In this document: positions 29,992 to 39,803 of the stretch, in pieces
How the letters are laid out: every line of letters starts with the position of its first letter
Numbering within the stretch: position 1 is the first letter of the stretch
From: Promethearchaeota archaeon
Lineage (GTDB): Archaea > Asgardarchaeota > Lokiarchaeia > Sigyniarchaeales > SOKP01
Length of the DNA stretch: 64,000 nucleotides
Direction: 5' to 3'
Assembly (NCBI GenBank): GCA_019058445.1
Contig: JAHPZA010000009.1
Span: 32,001-96,000, forward strand
Translations under genes and position numbers: made by a program
Notes under the pieces: generated by a model
What the model was told of the DNA's origin: nothing
Database searches by the model: none
Seen by the model: the letters and a program-made list of their open reading frames with translations, nothing else

Positions 29992-30774
29992 ATGTTTTTT
30001 AATATAGAAAAAAAATTCGATTTAGATATTAACAATCTAAATTCTCCCATTATATTAATTGGTTGGCCAGGTATAGCCCTTGTAGGTAAATTAGCAATTA
30101 GTTCTATAAAAGATGCAATTAACGCAGATTTATTTCTAAATATAGAATTTTTTGATTTTCCTCCAAAAAGTACAGTCGAAGAGGGACTCTTAGAAATACC
30201 CACTGCTAAAGTTTATTATAAATCTAGGGATATTCATGATTTTTTTATTTTAACAGCTGATTTTCAGCCTCAAAGTGCTGAAGGTGTTTTTGAATTTACT
30301 CAAAAATTCTGTGAAGTAATGAATACACTAACAGGAGGAAAAATAGAAATGTATGTAAGTACTGGAGCTTTAGTATCTGATAAAATTTCTAAGCAGCCAA
30401 AGGTACATGTCTGTTGCACAGACAAAAGTATTATTGAAAGTTTTCTAAAATTAGAAAATACAACAATAATGGAAGGTGGAATAATTGCTGGTGCGAATGG
30501 GATATTACCAGCTTGGGCTGGAAATAAAGGTTTTGCACCAGGCGTTTGCTTGTTAGCTGAAACCATTCCTCTGCCTATGATGAGCCTTGATCCAAGAGCA
30601 TCAAAAGCTTTGGTTCAATTATTAAAAGATTACTTTAGTATTGATATGACCTTCGAAGAATTAGATAGAAAAATCGAAGAGATGCAGAATATTTTTGATT
30701 CTTTCAAAAAACAAGCAGATTATTTTATGAAAGGCGATCAGGAAGAAAGTGGACCAGATTCTTACTTTAGATAA
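29992..30774 (+). CDS. PAC2-family proteasome assembly chaperone
   Basis: 'IGWPGIALVGKLA', 'DFQP', 'G.IAGANG', 'CLLAET...DPRAS'. Confidence 0.88.
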   Translation: MFFNIEKKFDLDINNLNSPIILIGWPGIALVGKLAISSIKDAINADLFLNIEFFDFPPKSTVEEGLLEIPTAKVYYKSRDIHDFFILTADFQPQSAEGVFEFTQKFCEVMNTLTGGKIEMYVSTGALVSDKISKQPKVHVCCTDKSIIESFLKLENTTIMEGGIIAGANGILPAWAGNKGFAPGVCLLAETIPLPMMSLDPRASKALVQLLKDYFSIDMTFEELDRKIEEMQNIFDSFKKQADYFMKGDQEESGPDSYFR

Positions 30775-31013
30775 ATAACTTTATTTAACATTTTTTTACC
30801 ATAATAAATTTAGATTCCAAAATTAATCTTCATTGAATCGTAAAAAAATTTTGAATTTGAATAGCATTTTATTACTTTTTTAATGACATACAAAATTTTA
30901 AATTTATATAAATAAATATTTAATTAAACCGTTTTTTGAATAATAAAAATTAGGAAATACACTTCCAAAGAGTCTCTATAACAAAAAGAATAATAAAAAA
31001 TTAATGATACTTC

Positions 31014-31958
31014 TTGCAAGAAACTCAATTAATTGAATCAAAAAAGTTCAGGGAAGAAATCGGCTCAAATTTAATAGATATTAATGAGCAATCTAGAAAT
31101 TATATCTATGATGTTATTTTACTTGTAAATAAAGAAATTGGGATTGATAAGATTTTGTCAATTATCCTTTTTGGAAGTCAAATGAAAAATCATCATCAAA
31201 GAAGAGAAAACACTGTTATATCAGATTGCGATTTACTCATTGTATTTAATGATAATGTTTCAACTTCTTTTATTAGGCGGATGGAAAAATACTTCATTGC
31301 CTTAGAGAATAAACATAATTTTCGAAAGTATAATTCTAAATTTGTAAATAAAATGCTTGATGTTATGCAACAGTCGACGGGAATGTTTGTGAGTCATTTT
31401 TTAACCAAAAAAACTTATTTTGAAAAGGGTACTTTTCATAAAATATTTAGTGTTAATAAGATCCTTTCAGATATTTTTGCACCAAAAAAACTTGTATTAA
31501 GTAGTGTAGTTGATAATAGTACTGTTCTTTGGGGAGAAGATTTACGGGATCTCGTAAAGGAGAAAGTAGAAATTGAACCCTTTGATATGGTAAAGAGTAT
31601 TACAATGAATTTATTGATCTCTCTCTTATGTATTTTATTTTCTCCCCTGAAAATATTCAAACCAAAATATCAATTAGAGGCTATTAAATGGTCCCTTCGA
31701 GCTTCTAACTTTTATGTTTTTGAAGATTCTAAATCTCTTGAAACGATTATTAAACGATTCACTATATTTGAAAAATCAACAGGATATAAAAGAAGAGCGT
31801 ATAGATTCTATTCAAAATTTCTAGAATTAAGACATAATCCTTATAATGATCTAGACTTTATGCTTCGTTGTCCTTTCAGAATAATAAAAATTCATATTAA
31901 AGGGATTCTTTTCAAAAAACTGAGAATGAAAATGATAAAAAGATTACAGAATAGTTGA
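31014..31958 (+). CDS. Pol-beta-superfamily nucleotidyltransferase-domain protein with helical C-terminal domain
   Basis: 'SIILFGS...SDCDLLIV' catalytic signature; 'VLWGED'. Confidence 0.7.
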   Translation: MQETQLIESKKFREEIGSNLIDINEQSRNYIYDVILLVNKEIGIDKILSIILFGSQMKNHHQRRENTVISDCDLLIVFNDNVSTSFIRRMEKYFIALENKHNFRKYNSKFVNKMLDVMQQSTGMFVSHFLTKKTYFEKGTFHKIFSVNKILSDIFAPKKLVLSSVVDNSTVLWGEDLRDLVKEKVEIEPFDMVKSITMNLLISLLCILFSPLKIFKPKYQLEAIKWSLRASNFYVFEDSKSLETIIKRFTIFEKSTGYKRRAYRFYSKFLELRHNPYNDLDFMLRCPFRIIKIHIKGILFKKLRMKMIKRLQNS

Positions 31959-32141
31959 ATGATACAATTTTTGAAAAACTATTGCTCTAATTCTCAGTAT
32001 ATTTAAATAAAAATCATCTTTTAATATTTGAATAATTGTTAAAAATAAAATTTATTAATACATTTAGGATTCTATAAATAGTAGATTTTTATAGATTGAT
32101 GATATTATATAAACTAAATATAAAAAAAAGAGAGTTAAAAA

Positions 32142-32690
32142 ATGGCTAAAGAAATTAATATTCGAGAGCTTTTTTTTGATATCTTAGATCTCGTAAAATT
32201 TGAATTAAAGTTTTATAAAGATAAAGAAAGTCCTATGTTTGAACGAATTGTGAAGACCAGAGTTTTTCAAACCAAGGTCCAACGGTTAAAGGACTTCATT
32301 ATGAATTATTTCGAAATTCTTTATAAAGATGAGGATTCTCCGATTAATCAGGCCGCTCTTCAGACTCAGTTAGAGAATATCGCTCGTCTGACTAATTATT
32401 ATAATGATCTCTCAAATTTTTACAAAGATCACACAAAAGATCTTATCACAAAAGACAAATTATTGAATTTGATTGACTACAGCCATATAGAAATTTTGTT
32501 TTTAATCTTTTCTAATATTCTCGACTGGGAACATTACCGAAGCAGTTTATTATTTCCTACAGATAAAGCTAAGGAAAAGATACTAAAGGAATTTTTAAAT
32601 AAGCTAGCTAGCATAGATATCAAAGATGCTGATGATATAATAGATTTGGAGCAAAGTATTGATATCTTTATTGAATCAGTGGAAGTTTAG
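32142..32690 (+). CDS. Hypothetical alpha-helical protein
   Basis: 182-aa ORF with ATG start and purine-rich upstream stretch; no recognised motif. Confidence 0.7.
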   Translation: MAKEINIRELFFDILDLVKFELKFYKDKESPMFERIVKTRVFQTKVQRLKDFIMNYFEILYKDEDSPINQAALQTQLENIARLTNYYNDLSNFYKDHTKDLITKDKLLNLIDYSHIEILFLIFSNILDWEHYRSSLLFPTDKAKEKILKEFLNKLASIDIKDADDIIDLEQSIDIFIESVEV

Positions 32691-32979
32691 AATTTTCCCA
32701 TACCATTTAAACCTCCAATAAGGGAACTTAACCATAAAACTAATTTTAAAGAATGTTCTTTAATTTCCTAACATATAATATTCAAATAGATAAATTTAAT
32801 TAAGTGAAATCTATTAACCCACCTTCTATTTTTAAACATTTTTCTTGTTTTGAGAAAAAACGTTTCATATGTCGATAGAATTCTCAAATTTTTCTCAATA
32901 CACAAAATTTATATTTGTAAATCATTATGTCTTTTTTGGTATAGGAGAAAGGAATTTCAAATTATTTTCCCCATTAAAA

Positions 32980-33276
32980 ATGGATTGTGTAGATGAAATT
33001 TTAATATATTATGAGAATAAAGAGAGTCATCAATCTCGAGCAATTAAGACTTGGATTAGCCATATTTTGATTGATTTAATGAGAGATTTAGAAGAGGATG
33101 ATCCAAAAAGTAATTTAAGAGTTCGAAATTGCTTAATCCTTTTAGTAAATCTATTTTTCGATGTAGATAATCCTGATCATTACCACTCACAAGGAATTCC
33201 TATCCATGAGATTACGGAAAAAGACAGAGTAAAATTTATTGAAATTTTGAAATCAGAAATAACTCATTTCAATTAA
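32980..33276 (+). CDS. Hypothetical protein (ORF track start 32869; ATG at 32980 looks more plausible)
   Basis: Protein-like composition from MDCVDEIL onward. Confidence 0.55.
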   Translation: MDCVDEILIYYENKESHQSRAIKTWISHILIDLMRDLEEDDPKSNLRVRNCLILLVNLFFDVDNPDHYHSQGIPIHEITEKDRVKFIEILKSEITHFN

Positions 33277-33316
33277 GCTGAAGATTTTTACTAAAACTAA
33301 GATCTATAAATTCTTT

Positions 33317-35572
33317 TTAAAAAATAGGGGTATAGTCGGGTCGCGTTTTATCATATTCATTAAAAATGTTATCAATTTTCTGTAGTATTTGTATTATAGC
33401 ATCCTTAGTTTCTTTATCTTGACCAAATGTATCAACAATCACACTATAGAGATCCACTTGATATTCAGAAGTCAGTTGCGAAATTTTCCTTAAATCCCAC
33501 TGTCTAATTCCGTGCTCTTTTAATTGGATAAATACATTATCTATTTCTTCTTTAAGTTTAAGTGTCGCAGAAAGCGATTTAGTACAATTCTCTAAAAGAT
33601 CTTTTTCTTTTTTAAAAACAATTAACTCCTCGCCATTTAAATCTTCCTTAGCTTCAATATCTTCAATTCGTTCAATTAATAAATACTTTAATCTCTCATA
33701 TATATGAATTGTTTGAGCTATTTTTTCTCTACTTTTTATTAAATCTTGACGATTCAATCTGGCTTCCACAATTTTTAAGTACGCATCTTCATAATAGGTC
33801 TCTAACTCACCGAAGGTACTTTTCTCCCACTCATTAATTTTCTTTCTGATTTGTCGCAGTTGCTCATTTAAAACATCAATTTCTTTCACATTTAGGTTTT
33901 GATTATTTAACTGATTGAAAATTTTATTGGCATCTGATTTTATTAATATAGTTCTTAGTTTAAGGATATGTGCTTTTTTTTCTATATTAGTAATGCTTCT
34001 AGAAACACCCTCTTTTTCACAGATCGTAAAGATGCTAATTGCACTGTCCAATAATTCATTAAATTTATCTTGATTAGATTCAATATAATATTTTGAGTCT
34101 TGAACTTTCTGAATGGCTCTATCCATCTGAATTTCTAATTCGAAAATAAAATCAATCAAATTTACTTGCGTTCTTTCAGATAATATCTTCGATTTATTGA
34201 CCATATCCTCTTCTACAGATTTACTGGCAAGATACCAAAAAACAGCTGCGGGTATCCAGAAAAAGACTGAAAACACCATCATATTGAAAATGCTTCCTAA
34301 CATTGAAATCAACATAAATGAAATTAAAAGAGTAAATCCTTTACCCAATTGCTCCGAAAGGTTGAAAAAAGAGGCAGCAGTTCCTTTATGTTCGGGCATA
34401 TTTACATCTACCATTATTGCATTTTTATTGGCTACTGGGGCAGCTCCTAATGTTGAACCAATTAATGCTACAACAAAATACCATATATAGGAGGGATAAA
34501 CTCTAAATACTGCTTGAATGGTTAAAAAAATATAATGCCATGTTTCTCCTGTCGGGATTGGATCGGGATAATCAATATTTAACTTCGCGACGCTGACGGG
34601 TTCAATAAGAAATAGCATTATTAAACAACAGGGAATTGCAATTATCATACAGACTGTCGCTAATCTCGCGCGGTTTCTTTTATTTCTCTTGTATAATACA
34701 TCACTTAAACGTGAAATGATTACATTACCTAATAAATAGCCAATACCAACCATTCCAGCAAAAATAGTAGCGGTTTGTAGTCTAATTTCTGGAGGTAATT
34801 CAGCAAAATAATATAATGCTAACATTGAAGTTAAGAAATAAATAAGAATTGTTCCAGGGATCACCGTTAAGAACCCTTGGCTAACTAAATGACGGTTTGT
34901 CTTTTTTCGAATGATCTCTGCTAAATCCTCTCTAGAGATACGGTAACTATATTCTAAATTAAATTCAGTCAAATCTAATAGTTCACTTTCACTCGCACCC
35001 CGTTGAGGTATTTTTATAAAGAACAAAATACCTAATATGAAAAAGCTAATTATCGATAAGAGAATAAAAGGAAATCTCCATCCAAAAATTGGACCTATAA
35101 ATGATGACAAGGCTTGTCCTGTTCCGTTCGAGATGGAACTTAAAATTGCTAATGTACCAAACCAACCAGATCTCTCCTCAGGAGGGATGGCATCAGATAT
35201 AATTGAATATCCCACTGGCAAAACACATCCTAACCCGGCCCCACTGAGCATTCTACTTAAAATGAGCATTTCATAAGAAGTACAAAAGGCAGTAAGGAGC
35301 ATTCCAAAAGTCCAACAAAACGCTCCTACCCTGATAACTTTTGTTCTATTTATACGGTCGGTATAATACCCCCATATAATAGCAAAACAGGCGCTAACTA
35401 AAATAAATAATGCATCTGGAATTGCAATTAAAGCAACGGGAATGTCAAATTCTTGCTGAATCGCTGCATAACTTGGGATAAGCATATTCGCACATGCGAT
35501 TGAAACAAATAATAAGAGCACAACTAAGATTATCGGAATTAAATCTTTTGTTTTGACTGTTGTAAGTGGAAT
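33317..35572 (-). CDS. MFS transporter (spinster-like) fused to ~290-aa cytoplasmic helical/coiled-coil domain; start uncertain
   Basis: 'WGYYTDRINR', 'SRMLSGAG', 'IISDAIPPEERS', 'GWR.PF'; 12-TM pattern then charged helical tail. Frame stays open upstream of the track's GTG (35521) to 35578; ATT at 35572 is a candidate start. Confidence 0.8.
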   Translation of the reverse strand: MPLTTVKTKDLIPIILVVLLLFVSIACANMLIPSYAAIQQEFDIPVALIAIPDALFILVSACFAIIWGYYTDRINRTKVIRVGAFCWTFGMLLTAFCTSYEMLILSRMLSGAGLGCVLPVGYSIISDAIPPEERSGWFGTLAILSSISNGTGQALSSFIGPIFGWRFPFILLSIISFFILGILFFIKIPQRGASESELLDLTEFNLEYSYRISREDLAEIIRKKTNRHLVSQGFLTVIPGTILIYFLTSMLALYYFAELPPEIRLQTATIFAGMVGIGYLLGNVIISRLSDVLYKRNKRNRARLATVCMIIAIPCCLIMLFLIEPVSVAKLNIDYPDPIPTGETWHYIFLTIQAVFRVYPSYIWYFVVALIGSTLGAAPVANKNAIMVDVNMPEHKGTAASFFNLSEQLGKGFTLLISFMLISMLGSIFNMMVFSVFFWIPAAVFWYLASKSVEEDMVNKSKILSERTQVNLIDFIFELEIQMDRAIQKVQDSKYYIESNQDKFNELLDSAISIFTICEKEGVSRSITNIEKKAHILKLRTILIKSDANKIFNQLNNQNLNVKEIDVLNEQLRQIRKKINEWEKSTFGELETYYEDAYLKIVEARLNRQDLIKSREKIAQTIHIYERLKYLLIERIEDIEAKEDLNGEELIVFKKEKDLLENCTKSLSATLKLKEEIDNVFIQLKEHGIRQWDLRKISQLTSEYQVDLYSVIVDTFGQDKETKDAIIQILQKIDNIFNEYDKTRPDYTPIF

Positions 35573-35712
35573 GTGAGATTACCATTTTAAATTTTGATAA
35601 TTATATTAAATAAGATTAGGACGTTAAAAAATTTTCAGACTTAAAATATTAAGAATCTAATATTTTCGAAATATAACAGTAAGTAAAATAATGATGCATT
35701 AGAGTAAAGTAA

Positions 35713-35816
35713 TGGAGACGGCGGGATTTGAACCCGCGGCCTTTCGCATGCCAAGCGAACGATCTTCCGATTTAATCCTGCACGGAGCTTGTCCGTAGAG
35801 TCTAATCCACGTCCCC
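35713..35816 (-). tRNA. tRNA-Ala (anticodon GGC) with 30-nt D-loop intron; CCA not encoded
   Basis: Acceptor GGGGACG/CGTCTCC with G3:U70 and discriminator A73; anticodon arm TTCGC-TTGGCAT-GCGAA; T-arm GCGGG-TTCAAAT-CCCGC; D-stem GATT/GATC interrupted by 30 extra nt. Confidence 0.93.
35772..35801 (-). other. tRNA intron at junction 15/16 with relaxed bulge-helix-bulge motif
   Basis: GATT-AG^A...GATT-AA^A: 4-bp GATT/GATT helix (two G.U), 3-nt bulges, inner stem CTCTACGGA/TCCGTGCAG; removal gives D-loop AGATCGGAA. Confidence 0.75.
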
Positions 35817-35930
35817 ATTTTAAAAAGTTTTATTTGAAGACAGTTCTATGTTAAATAGTTATAATCAATTTTTAAAAAAAATTATGGTTTTTACATAAAA
35901 GAAATAAGAAATAAATACAAAATTGAATAT

Positions 35931-38414
35931 TTGAGATCTATGAAAAATCTAAAAAAAAAAGCGAATTCATTTATCCTTATTTTTATCCTTACAAGCAACA
36001 TTCTCACGCCATTTATCGGGATGCCTTTAACTCGGGCTACATATAATAATACTATTCAAATTCAATCAGATTTAATTTCATTCCGAAAAGAAAATGATGT
36101 GGCTTATAATAACAATTGGGAGAAAATGCTTGCCAAATTTGACAAGAATGGAAATGAAGTAGCTGATCAACTTGATAATAAGCTTGAATTATTAGAAATA
36201 TCTTATGATTTTGTAAATTCAGGTCCATCTGAACCAATAGACTTCATCATTCAATTTCCAGATGGTTATGACTATTCAAAAGTGATTGTAATTTTAAAAG
36301 AAAACGGTGGAAATATCAAATATGAGTATAATGCTGCTATTAATGGTTTTGCTGGAAGCATTGAATATAATAGATTAAATGATTTTTGCGAAAAGTTAAA
36401 ACAGAATAAAGTAGATTTTTTAATTGAAGAAGATGCAAAAATCAAAGCGAACTTATATTATGCATCACGTAATTTAAATTTACGACCTTATGTGTGGAAA
36501 ACACTAGATGGGGGTTATACTGGAGATAATACTAGTTCAATAGCAATAATGGATACCGGGATTGATGAATCTCATGAGTTTTTTGATAATTATTCTTTTG
36601 GTGATTTTAGATATAAAATTGTAGGATGGAGAGACTTTACTCCAGGAGGAAATAATGTAACTCTTTATGATGATGTCGGTCATGGGACTCATGTCGCGGG
36701 AATAGCAGCAGGAGTTGGCACTCCAATTAAAGATGGCTCAGATAGATCTATTGCCACTAGTGCTAGCAATGTAGATTATTTTGCTAGCGGAAGTGTAGTA
36801 GATGGTGATGAGTGGTTAGAACCTCTATCAAGGTTTAATGTGCCAACATTAGGTGAGATTGAAGTTGAATGTGGATTTAATGACTCAACACCAGCAATGG
36901 ATTATACAACATCCAAATTTTATATCCTTCGTCTCGAGGGTGATATAGGTTATATATATGCCGAGATTGGTCAAACTTCTCCAGGTGATTGGCAAAATAA
37001 TATGACTTATAATATTGATTCTACTGATAAACTGGGAGATTATGTGATAGTTGCGTTAATCACTTACAACGACGGTCCTGATGGTGATAATGATTGTTCG
37101 AATCCTAACAGTACAGTAAGAGCCGAAGTACATTGGCCATTCAATCCTCCTACATATGGATGTGGAAATCTCTGGAAAGGTGTTGCCCCTGATGCACACC
37201 TTGTGAGTGTGAGAGTACTTGGTAAATCAGGTGGAACAGAATCAGAATTTCTACAAGGTATCGATTGGGTCATTGCTAACAGAACGACCTTAAATATAAC
37301 TGTGATGTCGATGAGTCTTGGATTAGAAAATATCTATGGTCCCGTATCGAGTGCTGCTATGATCAATGCCGTTAATAACGCCGTAGAACTTGGAATAGTG
37401 GCAGTAGCTGCAGCAGGAAATGATGAGTCAGGAGGTAATAATATTGGATCCCCTGGAGATGCCGATAATGCGATTACGGTTGCTGCTATGAATTATGGAG
37501 ATCAAATAACAGATTATAGTAGTCAAGGGGGTTCCGAAAGTTACCAAAATACAACAAAGCCAGATATAACTGCTCCTGGCGGAAGTTTCAATCAATATCA
37601 AATGTTTTCGGCTGATACCAATGACAATGATGCTGAAGGTGCAATTCCTGATGACTATAGCAATGATTTGTATGGTGCCCAAGGCACCTCAATGGCAACT
37701 CCTGTAGTAGCAGGTGCGGCTAATCTTTTAATCCAAGCAATGGGAGGAGGAAACAATTGGGATTGGAATAGTGGAAGTAAATCAAAACTCGTAAAAGCAA
37801 TTTTATTGATGACAGCTACAGAAACATATCCATTAAAAAGAGAAGATGATACAAGTTATAGCCCTTCTCTAAATAGAGGTGGAAAAGATGTTCATGAAGG
37901 GTATGGACGGTTAAATATTGGTGCCGCTATACAAGCTTGGACGAATGACTTAAATGGAAAAAACCTCAGCCCCATCCTTTATTCTTCCATTGAAAATTCT
38001 TTTGCAAACCATTCTTATGCTGGTTATGTAGATTTAAATAAAGACAATACATATCTATTTAATTTAACTGTTCCAGCTGGCAAAGATTACGATTTATATT
38101 TGTATAACTATACATTCAAAGAATGGGGTGAACCTGATTTAATTGCTTCAAGCATATCTGCAATACCAGGACAAGATGAACAAATTAATTTTACCGCTAA
38201 ACATGATGGGAAATATTTCTTGGTTGCTAAAGCAATAGGAATACCTACCCCTGGTGAAGATGATGACGATGATGAAGATAAGGAAATTGTAATAGATTTA
38301 ACGTTATTTCTCATAATAAGTGCTATAGTTGCCTTGATTGGTATAATTATACTTATAAAGGTTTATAAGAAAAGTAGAGAAGATGATAACTACGAATACT
38401 ACCCAGAATACTAA
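35931..38414 (+). CDS. Membrane-anchored subtilisin-like S8 serine protease
   Basis: Signal peptide; I9-like propeptide 'Y..AINGFAG'; triad motifs 'MDTGID', 'HGTHVAG', 'GTSMATP'; oxyanion 'AAGN'; PPC-like 'DYDLYLY'; acidic linker and C-terminal TM. Confidence 0.92.
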   Translation: MRSMKNLKKKANSFILIFILTSNILTPFIGMPLTRATYNNTIQIQSDLISFRKENDVAYNNNWEKMLAKFDKNGNEVADQLDNKLELLEISYDFVNSGPSEPIDFIIQFPDGYDYSKVIVILKENGGNIKYEYNAAINGFAGSIEYNRLNDFCEKLKQNKVDFLIEEDAKIKANLYYASRNLNLRPYVWKTLDGGYTGDNTSSIAIMDTGIDESHEFFDNYSFGDFRYKIVGWRDFTPGGNNVTLYDDVGHGTHVAGIAAGVGTPIKDGSDRSIATSASNVDYFASGSVVDGDEWLEPLSRFNVPTLGEIEVECGFNDSTPAMDYTTSKFYILRLEGDIGYIYAEIGQTSPGDWQNNMTYNIDSTDKLGDYVIVALITYNDGPDGDNDCSNPNSTVRAEVHWPFNPPTYGCGNLWKGVAPDAHLVSVRVLGKSGGTESEFLQGIDWVIANRTTLNITVMSMSLGLENIYGPVSSAAMINAVNNAVELGIVAVAAAGNDESGGNNIGSPGDADNAITVAAMNYGDQITDYSSQGGSESYQNTTKPDITAPGGSFNQYQMFSADTNDNDAEGAIPDDYSNDLYGAQGTSMATPVVAGAANLLIQAMGGGNNWDWNSGSKSKLVKAILLMTATETYPLKREDDTSYSPSLNRGGKDVHEGYGRLNIGAAIQAWTNDLNGKNLSPILYSSIENSFANHSYAGYVDLNKDNTYLFNLTVPAGKDYDLYLYNYTFKEWGEPDLIASSISAIPGQDEQINFTAKHDGKYFLVAKAIGIPTPGEDDDDDEDKEIVIDLTLFLIISAIVALIGIIILIKVYKKSREDDNYEYYPEY

Positions 38415-38451
38415 TCTTCAATTTTATTCTTTTTTTTTCTAATATTAATAT

Positions 38452-39162
38452 TTATTTCGTAATAATTAGGACTGTACCATCTTCTTTTCCTATGTATGCT
38501 TTAGAGGTCATCCCAATAAAGAACCCCGTATCCACTACACCCGGAATTTTAAGAATTTTCTCATTTAGTTCAGAAGGGTGTTTAACAATCCCAAAATTCA
38601 CATCAATAATAAAGTTTCCATTATCCGTTACTAAAGGACCCGCCTTTGCTTGAGCCATTCTTAAAACTGGTTGACCCCCTAAAGACTCAAGTTTCTTCAT
38701 GATAGGAACATAAGCCATGGGAATTACTTCAATAGGAACTCCTTTCTTCCAATTTTCACCAAGATATTTCGAATTTTTCCTGTAATCTGCAATAATGACT
38801 AATTTCTTTGAGTTTGATGCGATAATTTTTTCTTGTACTAAGCAACCTCCCCCTCCTTTAATTAAATTAAGTTCCTTGTCAATTTCATCTGCCCCATCAA
38901 TATCCAAATCAATTTCAGGGTATTGATCTAACGATACTAGATTCAATCCATTTTCCACAAGTAATTGATAGGATTGAAAAGAAGTGGGAATACATTTTAA
39001 ATTTAAATGATCACCCTTATTTTTTTCAGCTATTTTTTGTACAGCATAGACAACAGTAGAACCACTGCCAATGCCTAAAATCATGTCCTTTTTAACATTT
39101 TCTTCCACGGCTTTTTCTGCAGCAGTTCTTTTTCCTAATTCAATTAAATTTTCATTCATCAT
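38452..39162 (-). CDS. rpiA: Ribose-5-phosphate isomerase A
   Basis: 'GIGSGST', 'DGADEID', 'IKGGGG.L.QEK', 'TDNGNFIID', 'IPGVVDTG'. Confidence 0.96.
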   Translation of the reverse strand: MMNENLIELGKRTAAEKAVEENVKKDMILGIGSGSTVVYAVQKIAEKNKGDHLNLKCIPTSFQSYQLLVENGLNLVSLDQYPEIDLDIDGADEIDKELNLIKGGGGCLVQEKIIASNSKKLVIIADYRKNSKYLGENWKKGVPIEVIPMAYVPIMKKLESLGGQPVLRMAQAKAGPLVTDNGNFIIDVNFGIVKHPSELNEKILKIPGVVDTGFFIGMTSKAYIGKEDGTVLIITK

Positions 39163-39179
39163 AATTCTATTTAATTTTA

Positions 39180-39599
39180 TTATTTTAATAGATTAAGAAT
39201 TCGAATAGCAAGATAAGCAGCGTTTTCACCGCGATCAATTCCAACACATGCCACAGGAACTTTAGGAGGCATTTGAACAATCGATAATAATGCATCTAAT
39301 CCTCCTAATTTAGAATCCACAGGAACTCCAATAACAGGCCTCTCTGTTTTTGATGCAACAACTCCTGGTAAAGCTGCTGACAATCCAGCAACTGTAATAT
39401 AAATTAAAGATTCACAAGAATTAATATATTCGTCCAATTTATCAGGATCACGGTGTGCAGATATAATTTGTAAGTCATATGGAATATTATTTTCTATCAG
39501 GACATTTTCAGCTTTCACATACACTTCCTTATCGCTTTTGCTACCTGCTATTATTGAAATTAAAGGCTTCTCATCTCTGTCTTTGTTTGAAATTGACAT
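39180..39599 (-). CDS. purE: AIR carboxylase / N5-CAIR mutase
   Basis: 'GSKSD', 'SAHR.P', '[13 protein letters not shown]', 'PVIGVP', '[14 protein letters not shown]'. Confidence 0.95.
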   Translation of the reverse strand: MSISNKDRDEKPLISIIAGSKSDKEVYVKAENVLIENNIPYDLQIISAHRDPDKLDEYINSCESLIYITVAGLSAALPGVVASKTERPVIGVPVDSKLGGLDALLSIVQMPPKVPVACVGIDRGENAAYLAIRILNLLK

Positions 39600-39803
39600 A
39601 ATTAAACTAAATTTTCGAAAAATAAAAAGAATTCTAGTCGTTTTTTAACAATTTTTAAAAAAAAATACTTAAGTAAAAAATACGAATTATTATTTTCAGA
39701 TATCCATTCATCAAAAACTTTAATATTTTTTGAAGACTTCATCACTTACTTACTAATACTAAATATTTAACAATAAACATAAACTAAAAAGTGATTATTA
39801 AAA

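Noticed and set aside
32667-32720. Minus-strand GGAGGT followed by ATG (MVWENSKLPLIQ*)
   Set aside because: Only 12 codons and overlaps the end of a plus-strand gene; probably chance.
36720-37170. Intein as the explanation for the protease insertion
   Set aside because: No N-terminal Cys/Ser splice block or C-terminal His-Asn motif, and no LAGLIDADG motifs.
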